A program made the translations under genes and the position numbers. The notes under the pieces are model-generated. The model did not search any database. It saw nothing but the letters and a program-made list of their open reading frames with translations, and was not told where the DNA came from. From Propionibacterium ruminifibrarum (GTDB lineage: Bacteria; Actinomycetota; Actinomycetes; Propionibacteriales; Propionibacteriaceae): a stretch of DNA of 32,000 nucleotides. Positions 16,661-24,931 of the stretch are shown here, in pieces. Position 1 is the stretch's first letter, and each line of letters starts with the position of its first letter. Location of the stretch: positions 30,001 to 62,000 of the forward strand of contig NZ_OMOH01000003.1 in the NCBI RefSeq assembly GCF_900289195.1, given 5' to 3'.

Positions 16661-19120
16661 TCATTCGGTCGCCAGGGCGGCCGAGGGGGTCACCTTCACC
16701 GCCCGCGAGGCGGGTGCCAGCGAGGCCAGCCAGCCGGCGAGCAGGGCGACCGCGACGATGAGGGCGAGCCTCAACCACGGCAGGTCGACGACCAGGCTGA
16801 TGTCGGGGGACTCCAGCAGTGCCCTCGCCCCGACGATGCCGAAGACGACGCTGAGGCCCAGGCCGATGACCGTCGCCACGGCCGCCAGGGTCATCGACTC
16901 CAGGCCGACCATCTGCCGCACCTGGCCTTTCGTCATGCCCATGGCTCGCAGCAGCCCCAGCTCCTGGGTGCGCTCCAGCACCGACAGGCTCAGCGTGTTG
17001 CCCACACCGACCACGGCGATGAGCACGGCGATCGCGAGCAGCGCCATGGCCACCATGAGCACCATGTCGATCAGTTGCTGGTAGACGGCCCGTTCGGCTG
17101 CCCCGCTGTTGATCGAGGCGTTCTTCAGGGGCTCGATCTGGCCGAGCTGGCTCGTCACGTGCTGGGCGTCGGCCTTGTCGGCGTAGCGCACCCAGACGAT
17201 GGTCGAGGCGTCCGGCGCCAGCTGGGCCATGGTCGCCGGGGTGACGACCAGTGCACTCTCGTACGTGGGGGAGACCCGGGCGGTCAGTTCGACGCTGCGG
17301 CCGTCCTGGCTCACCGTGACGCGCTGCCCGTCGGCGAAATCGGTGTCATCGGTGAGGAACTCGCCATCGCCCACCCCGTCGTAGCGCTGCGGGGCCCGCG
17401 AGAGCTGGGCCGCGGCGTACGAGACGCCCATGACATCCACGTCCTTCGTCGTGTCCCCGCCCGAGGCCTGCGCGTGGACGGTTGTGACGCGTTCTGCGCC
17501 GGTCACGTCCTCGGTGTCGCGGATCTGGTGCAGGACACCGTCGCTGATCTCGCCGGTCGGGGCGATGATCGCGTCCTGGGGGTAGTGGTCGCCGAGTTCA
17601 TGGTCGACCGTCGCCTGCGAGCAGGCCGCCCCGATCGTGAGGGTGCCGATGAGTGTGACGCCGACGAGCAGCGCGTTCGCGGTGGCCGCGGCACGGCCCG
17701 GGTTGCGGCGCGAGTTCGCCACCGCCAGCTCGCCGGGCGCGCTCGCGCGGCCGAGCGGCGAGCCGATGACCGCGGCGAGCGCCGGGATGAGGCCTCGTCC
17801 CAGAACGATGACACCCAGCCAGGCCAGGATGGCGCCTGCCATCGCGGTGAGGATGGTCGCCGTCATGTGCGCCTCGTCGTCGCCGGTACCGGCCATGCGC
17901 CAGCCGGTGACGAGCAGGCCGGCGCCGGCCAGGACCAGCAGGGCGCCGAGGATGCCGCGGACGGGGCCGAGCCGCTTGGTCTCGGCGGTGGCCAGCTCGG
18001 GATGCAGGGCCGCCAGGGGGGCGACCGCCGTGGCCCGCCGGGCCGCGCCGAGGCAGGAGAGGAACGTGATGGCGACACCGATGAGGAAGGGGGCGACGAA
18101 GGCACCCGTGCTGGCGCTGAACGTCACCTCGGTGTTGAACAGGCCCTGGCCGAAGTGCAGGAAGACCCACGCGAGGCCTGCGCCGAAGGCCAGACCGGCC
18201 GCCGAGCCGATCGCGCCGAGCACGAGGGCCTCACCGATCACCGTGGCGAACACCTGCCCCCTGGTGGCGCCGACGCAGCGCATCATGGCGAGCTGGCGGG
18301 CGCGCTGGGCGACCAGGATCGAGAAGGTGTTGGCGATGACGATCACCGAGACGAACAGGGCGATACCGGCGAAGATCAGCAGGAAGCTGGTGATCGACCG
18401 GGACGCGCCGGCCAGCATGTCGATCTGGTGCTGGACCTGTTCGGTGCCTGTGCGGACGGTGAAACCGCCGTCCTTGATGGCCGCCGAGTCGCCGATCGCG
18501 GTCTTGAGGGCCTCGGGGTCCTCGCCGAAGACCATGATGGAGCTGTAACCGGTGATGCCGGTGATCGCGGTGGCGCCGTCGTCGGTGGCGAACAGATAGT
18601 CGCTGTCGGGCGAGGTGACCGCATCGCTGCCCGGGTCGATGACCCCGACGACCTTCGACTGGGTCTGGTGCTGGTCCAGGTAGGACTGCGTGGTGAGTTC
18701 CTCGCCCAGTTCGATGGCGTAACTGTCGCGCAGGTGCGTGCTCACGGCGACCTCACCGTCTGACTGCGGCAGGCGGCCCTCGGCGAGGGTGGTCTTCTCG
18801 GTGAGTTCTGGCAGGTTGTTCACGCCCACTTGGGTCTGGGCGCCCATGCGGGAGAGCTGCGCCCAGCTCTCATAGAGGGCGCGGGTCCGCTCCACCCCGG
18901 GGACGGCGGCCACGGCGTCGACGACCTGCCGGTCGATCGGTGTGGCGTCCTCGTTCTCGTTCGCGGTGACGACGGCTGCCGCGTCACCGACCTGCCCTCC
19001 GGCGAGGTCGCGGACGGCGGCGCTGAGCGAGGAGCCGAACAGCAGGGTCGCGGTCATGAAGGCCACGCCCAGGGCGATGGCGATTCCGGCGCTGATCAGT
19101 CGGCGGGGCTGGCGGAGCAT
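16661..19120 (-). CDS. ABC transporter permease with two FtsX domains (MacB/DevC-like, 819 aa)
   Basis: Each half has one TM helix, a large extracytoplasmic domain and then three TM helices (the FtsX fold), giving about 8 helices in the two FtsX modules; 1-2 additional TM-like segments lie between the two FtsX domains. Its start overlaps the ATPase stop (ATGA at 19120). Confidence 0.9.
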   Translation of the reverse strand: MLRQPRRLISAGIAIALGVAFMTATLLFGSSLSAAVRDLAGGQVGDAAAVVTANENEDATPIDRQVVDAVAAVPGVERTRALYESWAQLSRMGAQTQVGVNNLPELTEKTTLAEGRLPQSDGEVAVSTHLRDSYAIELGEELTTQSYLDQHQTQSKVVGVIDPGSDAVTSPDSDYLFATDDGATAITGITGYSSIMVFGEDPEALKTAIGDSAAIKDGGFTVRTGTEQVQHQIDMLAGASRSITSFLLIFAGIALFVSVIVIANTFSILVAQRARQLAMMRCVGATRGQVFATVIGEALVLGAIGSAAGLAFGAGLAWVFLHFGQGLFNTEVTFSASTGAFVAPFLIGVAITFLSCLGAARRATAVAPLAALHPELATAETKRLGPVRGILGALLVLAGAGLLVTGWRMAGTGDDEAHMTATILTAMAGAILAWLGVIVLGRGLIPALAAVIGSPLGRASAPGELAVANSRRNPGRAAATANALLVGVTLIGTLTIGAACSQATVDHELGDHYPQDAIIAPTGEISDGVLHQIRDTEDVTGAERVTTVHAQASGGDTTKDVDVMGVSYAAAQLSRAPQRYDGVGDGEFLTDDTDFADGQRVTVSQDGRSVELTARVSPTYESALVVTPATMAQLAPDASTIVWVRYADKADAQHVTSQLGQIEPLKNASINSGAAERAVYQQLIDMVLMVAMALLAIAVLIAVVGVGNTLSLSVLERTQELGLLRAMGMTKGQVRQMVGLESMTLAAVATVIGLGLSVVFGIVGARALLESPDISLVVDLPWLRLALIVAVALLAGWLASLAPASRAVKVTPSAALATE

Positions 19121-19881
19121 CAGAGCTCACCGCCCTCGGGCCGGCTCGGGCGCTGGGGGGTCTGGCCGGTGATCTCGTGCAGGCGCTTGTCGGCGATGAT
19201 CCGTCCGTCGGCCAGTTGCAGCAGCCGGTCGGCGTAGCCGGCGGCGTGCGGGTCGTGGGTGACCATGACGATGGTCTGGCCGAGCTCGTGGACGCAGCGC
19301 GCCAGGAAGTCGAGCAGTTCGTCGCTGGAGGACGAGTCGAGGGCGCCGGTTGGCTCGTCGGCGAAGATGACGTCGGGGCGGGTGATGAGTGCCCTGGCCG
19401 CCGCGACGCGCTGGGCCTGGCCGCCGGACAGCTCCCCGGGACGGTGCGTGAGACGGTCGGTCAGACCGAGCACGGCGATCACCGTGTCGAACCAGGCCGG
19501 GTCGGGCTTGGTGCGGGCCAGTTTGAGCGGCAGCAGGATGTTCTCGCGCGCCGTCATCGTCGGCAGCAGGTTGAACGACTGGAAGATGAAGCCGACCCGG
19601 CGCCTGCGCAGCAGGGTGAGGGACTTGTCGTTGAGGGCCGTGGCGTCGACCTGGCCGATGAGCACCCGCCCCTCGGTGGGCGTGTCCAGGCCGGCGGCGC
19701 AGTGCATGAGCGTCGACTTGCCGGATCCCGAAGGGCCCATGATCGCGGTGAACTCGCCCCGCCAGAAGTCGACGCTGACGTGGTCGAGCGCCACGACACG
19801 CGTGTCGCCCTGCCCGTATATCTTGGTGAGCTGCTCGGTGCGGACCGCGGTCGTCAGCGGTTGAGCAATCGTTGTCGTCAT
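19120..19881 (-). CDS. ABC transporter ATP-binding protein (MacB/LolD-like)
   Basis: ORF trimmed to ATG 19881 (GAGGAAAG SD). Walker A GPSGSGKST, signature LSGGQAQRV, Walker B VIFADEPT, H-loop MVTHD. Confidence 0.92.
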   Translation of the reverse strand: MTTTIAQPLTTAVRTEQLTKIYGQGDTRVVALDHVSVDFWRGEFTAIMGPSGSGKSTLMHCAAGLDTPTEGRVLIGQVDATALNDKSLTLLRRRRVGFIFQSFNLLPTMTARENILLPLKLARTKPDPAWFDTVIAVLGLTDRLTHRPGELSGGQAQRVAAARALITRPDVIFADEPTGALDSSSSDELLDFLARCVHELGQTIVMVTHDPHAAGYADRLLQLADGRIIADKRLHEITGQTPQRPSRPEGGEL

Positions 19882-19888
19882 GTTCTTT

Positions 19889-19917
19889 CCTCGTCGTCGA
19901 ATCGTGGTGCGACGAGG
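19889..19917 (-). promoter_or_regulatory. hairpin whose 3' arm contains the SD of the ABC ATPase gene
   Basis: In the mRNA sense: CCTCGTCG-cacc acgattcga-CGACGAGG AAAGAAC AUG. It is a perfect 8-bp stem, and the GAGG of the SD is base-paired. Confidence 0.35.
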
Positions 19918-20246
19918 GGGATCACTCGCCGCGACGATTCCATCGTCCCGGCGACGGCCCTGCCTGCGCATCGGGCACGAGGTTGGTTCGCGGCTCCTAC
20001 CGCGGGGGGATGCGACGCGAGCGGATCGGCTGATCGGAGGAGGCCCCGGCGCGCCCTGCCGCTCCGACCCCCGAGCCGCTCGGGCACTGACCGGGCGGGC
20101 CGCCCCGGGTGCCCTCCCGTGTCCCGCCCCGGCCCGCTCCGGGCTGGTGCGCGCTGACATCGGCGGCCGGCCCGCCGGCCCGGGCCCTACAACGCATCAG
20201 CTGCCCGGGCCGGTGACGGGGCGGCCGTCGCCGTGCCCGGCCGGTC

Positions 20247-20930
20247 TCAGCCCTGCGGGTGCACCATCCCGGCGTCGTAGGCGAAGACGACCATGTGCAC
20301 CCGGTCGCGCAGCCCCAGCTTGGCGAGGATGTGGCCGACATGGGTCTTGACGGTGGCCTCGCCCAGGAAGAGCTTGGCCGCGATCTCGGAGTTGTTGAGC
20401 CCCTGGCCGACGAGCGTCAGCACCTCGCGTTCACGCTCGGTGAGCACCTCGAGTCGTTCCCGGGCGGTACTGGTCTGTCCCGCCTTCGGCAGCGTGGGGA
20501 CGAAGCGTTCCAGCAAGCGGCGGGTCGCGCTCGGCGCCACGACGGCCTCGCCCGAGGCGACGGCGCGGATGGCGGCCAGCAGTTCGGCCGGCCCGGCGTC
20601 CTTGAGCAGGAACCCGGAGGCCCCGGCCTGCAGGGCGGAGTAGACGTACTCGTCCAGGTCGAAGGTGGTCAGCACGAGCACCTTCGTATCGGTCGCGGCG
20701 GTGATCGCCTCGGTCGCCGCCACCCCGTTCAGGTGCGGCATGCGGATGTCCATGAGGACGATGTCGGGGCGGTCCTCCGGGGCCGCGTCGACGACGGCGT
20801 CGACCGCCTGCCGGCCGTCACCGACCTCGCCGATCACCGTCATGTCCTGCTGCGCGTCGAGCACCATGCGGAAACCGACACGGACCATCTCCTGGTCGTC
20901 GGCCAGCAGCAGCGTGATGGTGGGTTTCAT
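20247..20930 (-). CDS. response regulator, NarL/FixJ (LuxR-type HTH) family
   Basis: Receiver domain LLLADDQEMV...DIVLMDIRMP. C-terminal HTH LTEREREVLTLVGQGLNNSEIAAKLFLGEATVKTHVGHILAKLG. ATGA overlap with the kinase stop. Confidence 0.92.
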   Translation of the reverse strand: MKPTITLLLADDQEMVRVGFRMVLDAQQDMTVIGEVGDGRQAVDAVVDAAPEDRPDIVLMDIRMPHLNGVAATEAITAATDTKVLVLTTFDLDEYVYSALQAGASGFLLKDAGPAELLAAIRAVASGEAVVAPSATRRLLERFVPTLPKAGQTSTARERLEVLTEREREVLTLVGQGLNNSEIAAKLFLGEATVKTHVGHILAKLGLRDRVHMVVFAYDAGMVHPQG

Positions 20931-22285
20931 GCGTTCTTCCTCGTCAGATCGGTGATGCGGGTCATCAGGGTCGGGGTGTCCCCGTCAGGGGCGCTGTCGG
21001 ACAGCCGGCTGGTCATCTCGGTGGCCTCGCCGGACGGGATGGTCGCGAGCACCTCGAAGCCGCCGTCCAGACGCGGCCGTGCCGTGAGCGTACCGCCATA
21101 GGGCGCGACACGCTCACGCATTCCAATGAGTCCGTGGCCGTGCCCGTCATTCTCGGCGACACCGAGGCCGTCGTCGCGGACGCTGATCGTCAGTCCCTCG
21201 CCGGTGTGGCTGAGGTGCACCCAGGCGTGCGCGCCCGGCCCGGCGTGCTTGATGACATTCGTCAACGATTCCTGGATGATGCGGTAGGCGGCCGCCTCCC
21301 GGCCCGGGCCGAGGGGGGCGTGCAGGGCGGGCGAGCCGTCGACGGCGTAGTCGACACCCATCCCGGAGGCCCTGGTCGACGCGATGAGTGCCTCGACCTC
21401 GTCCAGCCCCGGCTGGGGGGCCATCTCCGGGGCCTCCCCCTCGCGCAGCACGCCGACGAGCTCACGGGTCTCACGCAGCGCCTCGCGGGAGGTGGCGGCG
21501 ATGCGCTCCAGGGCAGCATGGGCCAGGCCTAGTTTCGCCGCGTCGTCCCCGGGCTGGTCGAGCGCATAGACGGCGCCGTCGGTCTGCACCACGATGACGC
21601 TCAGGGAGTGGGCGACCACGTCGTGCATCTCGCGGGCGATGCGTGAGCGTTCCTGCTCGGCGGCCAGCTGGGCGAACCGGTCCCGTTCGGCGGCGACGGC
21701 GTCGGCGCGGTCCTTGAGGGTGCGGATCGTGGTGACGCGTTCGCGGGTGAAGGCCCCGAGCAGCCAGCTGGCGAAGACCACGATCGACAGGACGACGAAG
21801 GAGAACCCCACGGCCTGCATCCGGTTGGTCGGGTACTCGAGGTCCACGGGGATTCCGTAGGTCCAGCTGATGGCCGCGGCCATCGCTGCGGCGATGCCGA
21901 GCAGCAGCCACAGTTTGCGCGCCCGGTCGCTGCCGTAGGCGGCGATGGCGAACAGCATGATGGGCACGTGGATGTTCGGCACCATGAGGTTCGGCATGAT
22001 GGCGAGTTGCACCAGGTGGGGGATGACGAGCAGGGTGCAGGCCAGTGCCGGCCGGGTGCGGCGCCAGATGAGCGGCACCGCGTAGGCCAGGCCCCAGACG
22101 GTCATGAGGAACTGGTTGAGGCCGGTGTCGGGGAACATGAAGAGGTAGTCGTCCTCGGCGGTGGGGTCGACGAGGAAACCAAGGGTGTTGGTCAGGGCGA
22201 GCTGGGCCAGGAAGAAGGCCCCGATCGAGTCGCCCGCCATCGGGTGCAGCCCGAACCAGTCGGTCAGGCGCTTGATGATCTTCAC
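20927..22285 (-). CDS. sensor histidine kinase, HisKA_3 type, with a polytopic membrane N-terminus and no large extracellular domain
   Basis: H-box ERSRIAREMHDVVAHSLS. HATPase motifs IIQESLTNVIKH, DDGLGV, GHGLIGMRERV. About 5-6 TM helices at the N-terminus. The GTG start at 22285 lacks an SD but has TAGTCT 6 nt upstream, so it may be leaderless. The alternative start is M16 at 22240. Confidence 0.88.
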   Translation of the reverse strand: MKIIKRLTDWFGLHPMAGDSIGAFFLAQLALTNTLGFLVDPTAEDDYLFMFPDTGLNQFLMTVWGLAYAVPLIWRRTRPALACTLLVIPHLVQLAIMPNLMVPNIHVPIMLFAIAAYGSDRARKLWLLLGIAAAMAAAISWTYGIPVDLEYPTNRMQAVGFSFVVLSIVVFASWLLGAFTRERVTTIRTLKDRADAVAAERDRFAQLAAEQERSRIAREMHDVVAHSLSVIVVQTDGAVYALDQPGDDAAKLGLAHAALERIAATSREALRETRELVGVLREGEAPEMAPQPGLDEVEALIASTRASGMGVDYAVDGSPALHAPLGPGREAAAYRIIQESLTNVIKHAGPGAHAWVHLSHTGEGLTISVRDDGLGVAENDGHGHGLIGMRERVAPYGGTLTARPRLDGGFEVLATIPSGEATEMTSRLSDSAPDGDTPTLMTRITDLTRKNA

Positions 22286-22367
22286 ACGGCAAGACTACGG
22301 ACCGACGCGTTCGGCCCGGATCCACCCGCCGAAGGAGATCGGCCAGGCAGGGGCCGGCGGGCCGGGT

Positions 22368-23006
22368 CTACTCGGCCAGCCCGTAGAGCCGGTCGCCGGC
22401 GTCGCCCAGGCCCGGCACGATGTAGCCGCGCTCGTTGAGCCGCTCGTCGATCGAGGCCACGACGAGCGTGCAGGCGATGCCCGCCTCGTCCACGAGGGCG
22501 CGGACCCGCTCGATTCCCTCGGGCGCGGCCAGGATGCAGATGCAGGTGACGTCGTCCGCGCCCCGCTCGGCCAGGAAGTTCACGCAGCCGGCCAGCGAGC
22601 CGCCGGTGGCGAGCATCGGGTCGAGGACGTAGCACTGGCGGCCGGACAGGTCGTGCGGCAGGCGTTCGGCGTAGGTGGTGGGTTTGAGCGTCCTCTCGTC
22701 GCGGGCCATGCCGACGAAGCCCACCTCGGCGGTCGGCAGCAGGCGGGTGAAGCCCTCGAGCATGCCCAGACCGGCGCGCAGGATCGGCACGGCCAGCGGC
22801 TTCTCACTCAGTTTGGTGCCCGTCGTGGGGGCCACCGGGGTGGTGATCTCGACCGGGGCGACCCGCACCTGGCGCGTGGCCTCGTAGGCCAGCAGCGTGA
22901 CGAGCTCGGCGACGAGCAGGCGGAAGGTCGGGCTCGGGGTGCTCTCCTCGCGCAGGTGAGTGAGCTTGTGAGCGACCAGGGGATGATCAACAACACGCAG
23001 TTCCAC
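22368..23006 (-). CDS. upp: uracil phosphoribosyltransferase
   Basis: ORF trimmed to GTG 23006 ([15 protein letters not shown], compare M. tuberculosis MQVHVVDHPL). PRPP loop [11 protein letters not shown]; uracil site [15 protein letters not shown]. Confidence 0.9.
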   Translation of the reverse strand: MELRVVDHPLVAHKLTHLREESTPSPTFRLLVAELVTLLAYEATRQVRVAPVEITTPVAPTTGTKLSEKPLAVPILRAGLGMLEGFTRLLPTAEVGFVGMARDERTLKPTTYAERLPHDLSGRQCYVLDPMLATGGSLAGCVNFLAERGADDVTCICILAAPEGIERVRALVDEAGIACTLVVASIDERLNERGYIVPGLGDAGDRLYGLAE

Positions 23007-23112
23007 GGCCCCGAGTGTCCCATACACTTGGGGTACTCGGTGAGTGGGGCACCGGTGCCGGATGGAGAAACCGGAGAGAACGAAGCGGTGGACGGTCATA
23101 GAGGAGGTCGAC

Positions 23113-23784
23113 ATGGCTGACGACACGACGAAGGATTTCGACGACGAGGACGCCGAGGAGTTCGACAGTCTCGACGACCGCGAGGACGCCGACCGCGGTG
23201 TGATCTCCGACGACTACGACGACCTCGACGACGATGATGACGACGACGGGGAGGACGAGGACTTCGACCCCGACGATGACGAGGACGATGACGACGAGGA
23301 CGACTACGAGGACGCCACCTCCGACGAGATCGATTTCGTGGCGGCCCTCTACCGCGAGGACGGCGCCCCCGTCGTCATGCCGTTGCCCGATTCCTGCGCC
23401 AACGATCTCGACGAACTGATCGCCCAGTTGCGTCGCCTGCCCGGGGACACCGGGGCCACCGGCATCGTCAGCGTCAACGGCGAGTTCTTCGTGATCTGCC
23501 GGTGCCGGGGCCGTCAGGTGCAGGTGCTGCTGTCGGATTCCCTGGCGAGCAACGACTGGCCGCTGGCCCGCGATGTCGTCGACTTCCTGGGGCTCGACGT
23601 GCCCGATGAGGACGAGGACTCCGAGTCCGTCGGCGACCTCGACATCCTGGCCGACCAGGGCGTCTCGGAGCTCGACATGGAGAACATCCTCGATGATCTC
23701 GACGAGGACTCCGGCGAGCTGGCGCACCGCGTCGTCGTGAAGATCAAGTTCGCGCCGCAGTTCGACCGCGTCATCCATCTGTGA
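23113..23784 (+). CDS. actinobacterial tRNA adenosine deaminase-associated protein (function unknown) with a hyper-acidic N-terminal region
   Basis: ATG 23113 with GAGGAGG 6 nt upstream. The gene lies directly upstream of tadA, as in the family annotated under this name. By my count, 47 of the first 75 residues are D or E. The C-terminal part looks folded (...[26 protein letters not shown]...). Confidence 0.75.
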   Translation: MADDTTKDFDDEDAEEFDSLDDREDADRGVISDDYDDLDDDDDDDGEDEDFDPDDDEDDDDEDDYEDATSDEIDFVAALYREDGAPVVMPLPDSCANDLDELIAQLRRLPGDTGATGIVSVNGEFFVICRCRGRQVQVLLSDSLASNDWPLARDVVDFLGLDVPDEDEDSESVGDLDILADQGVSELDMENILDDLDEDSGELAHRVVVKIKFAPQFDRVIHL

Positions 23785-23806
23785 GCCCGGCGCACCGGGG
23801 GCGGCG

Positions 23807-24259
23807 ATGAGCCGTTGGGACGCCGCCATGGGCGCGGCCCTCGTGGCGGCGCGGGAGGCCGGGGCCGCCGGCGACGTCCCGGTCGGTGCCGTGGTCCTCG
23901 ACCGGGACGGGTCCGTCGTCGCCGTCGCCGGCAACCGGAGGGAGCGTGACACCGACCCGATCGGCCACGCCGAGGTGCTCGCCCTGCGTGCCGCGGCCCG
24001 GGCCCTCGGGCGCTGGCGGCTGGACGACTGCACGCTCGTCGTCACCCTCGAGCCCTGCACGATGTGCGCCGGCGCCGCCGTCGCGGCGAGGGTGGGGACG
24101 CTCGTCTTCGGCGCGTTCGACCCGAAGGCCGGGGCGGTGGCCTCGCTCTTCGACGTCGTGCGCGATCCGCGACTGAACCACCGCCCGCGGGTCGTCAGCG
24201 GCATCATGGCGCAGGCCTGTACGGCGGCCCTGGACGAGTTCTTCGCCGACCGGCGCTGA
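23807..24259 (+). CDS. tadA: tRNA-specific adenosine deaminase
   Basis: CDA fold motifs HAEVLALR and PCTMCAGA. 150 aa. Followed by a tRNA gene. Confidence 0.92.
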   Translation: MSRWDAAMGAALVAAREAGAAGDVPVGAVVLDRDGSVVAVAGNRRERDTDPIGHAEVLALRAAARALGRWRLDDCTLVVTLEPCTMCAGAAVAARVGTLVFGAFDPKAGAVASLFDVVRDPRLNHRPRVVSGIMAQACTAALDEFFADRR

Positions 24260-24280
24260 GCGGCGTTCCCGCCTCAAGAT

Positions 24281-24310
24281 TTGAGCCGGAGGCGTCCGGA
24301 TCGGTACAGT
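24281..24310 (+). promoter_or_regulatory. candidate promoter of tRNA-Ser(CGA): TTGAGC-18-TACAGT
   Basis: TTGAGC at 24281-24286 and TACAGT (TANNNT) at 24305-24310, 7 nt before the tRNA 5' end. Confidence 0.35.
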
Positions 24311-24317
24311 TCTTGAC

Positions 24318-24405
24318 GGTGACGTGTCTGAGCGGCCGAAAGAGCTCGCCTCGAAAGCGAGTGTGGTGCAAGCCACCGAGGGTTCAAATCCCTCCGTCAC
24401 CGCCA
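24318..24405 (+). tRNA. tRNA-Ser (anticodon CGA), CCA encoded
   Basis: Acceptor GGTGACG/CGTCACC; anticodon stem CTCGC/GCGAG with loop CTCGAAA; long variable arm; T arm GAGGG-TTCAAAT-CCCTC; then G and CCA. Confidence 0.92.
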
Positions 24406-24710
24406 CGCCGAAGAGGCGAAAACCCCTGGTCAGTGCCAGTACCTGGTTCTTGGCCAGGGGTTTTCCATCGGCTGTGGCATCCCGGGGTGTCGCGGTCGGG
24501 TCGGTGAAGGACGCGAGCCGCAGGATGTGTCGAGTGCCCGCGGCAGCAGGTCCTCATGGTGCGTGACGCGGACGCCCGTCGTCGCGCCAGGGCGTCGTGG
24601 ACGACGGATTCGTCGTCATGCGGCGGGGCCGGCTTGCACCCGCTCGCTCTGGCCAGCGGCCCCGGCCGGGCAGTGCCGGTGTGGGAGAGCAACTCCTCGA
24701 ACACGGCCAT
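24384..24710 (-). other. orphan ORF with a strong SD; possibly a gene remnant or a small protein. Real extent unclear.
   Basis: GAGGAGG lies 3 nt before ATG 24710. The first 52 or so codons have about 87% GC3 by my count, and GC3 then decays. The ORF only stops after reading antisense through the tRNA terminator and 22 nt of tRNA-Ser. No family recognised. Confidence 0.2.
24418..24465 (+). terminator. intrinsic terminator after tRNA-Ser(CGA)
   Basis: GAAAACCCCTGG ... CCAGGGGTTTTC: perfect 12-bp outer stem with an inner CCAG/CTGG pairing, ending in a T-run. Confidence 0.55.
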
Positions 24711-24931
24711 GGTCCTCCTCGTCTCTGCGGGGATAAGGGGAGAGACGGGCTGCCGCCCCGTGGCGCCCCGGAGGTCGAATGACCTTATGAATTGGGGGTT
24801 TCCGGTAAACTTTCGTCACGGGTCCTGCCCGGCTGAGCCGGTGGGGGGTTCGGCTCGCGCCGAGATGGGGTGTCTCCGGGGCTGATCAGGGCGTTCCCGT
24901 ACTAGTCATTGATAGTTTGGAGGCGGACCGT

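Noticed and set aside
23113-23340. A GAC/GAT/GAG-rich simple-sequence stretch considered as a tandem repeat, CRISPR-like array or slippage tract.
   Set aside because: It is in-frame acidic low-complexity coding sequence (poly-Asp/Glu) with no fixed repeat unit or spacers.
6097-24405. Three tRNA-Ser isoacceptor genes plus tRNA-Arg within 18 kb, considered as a sign of a tRNA-rich island or phage tRNA cluster.
   Set aside because: The tRNAs are dispersed among housekeeping genes and have normal GC content and their own promoters and terminators. A comparable Ser/Arg tRNA neighbourhood with LCP, LytR_C and tadA genes is, to my recollection, conserved in Actinomycetota. No mobile-element genes are present.
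24720-24931. A c-di-AMP (ydaO-type) or other cation-related riboswitch upstream of the membrane-protein / K+/H+ antiporter operon.
   Set aside because: I could not find the conserved ydaO blocks (GGGGACCCA, ACCCGAAUCC, AGCUAACC-type segments) or any other riboswitch core I know. This needs an Infernal scan to be definitive.
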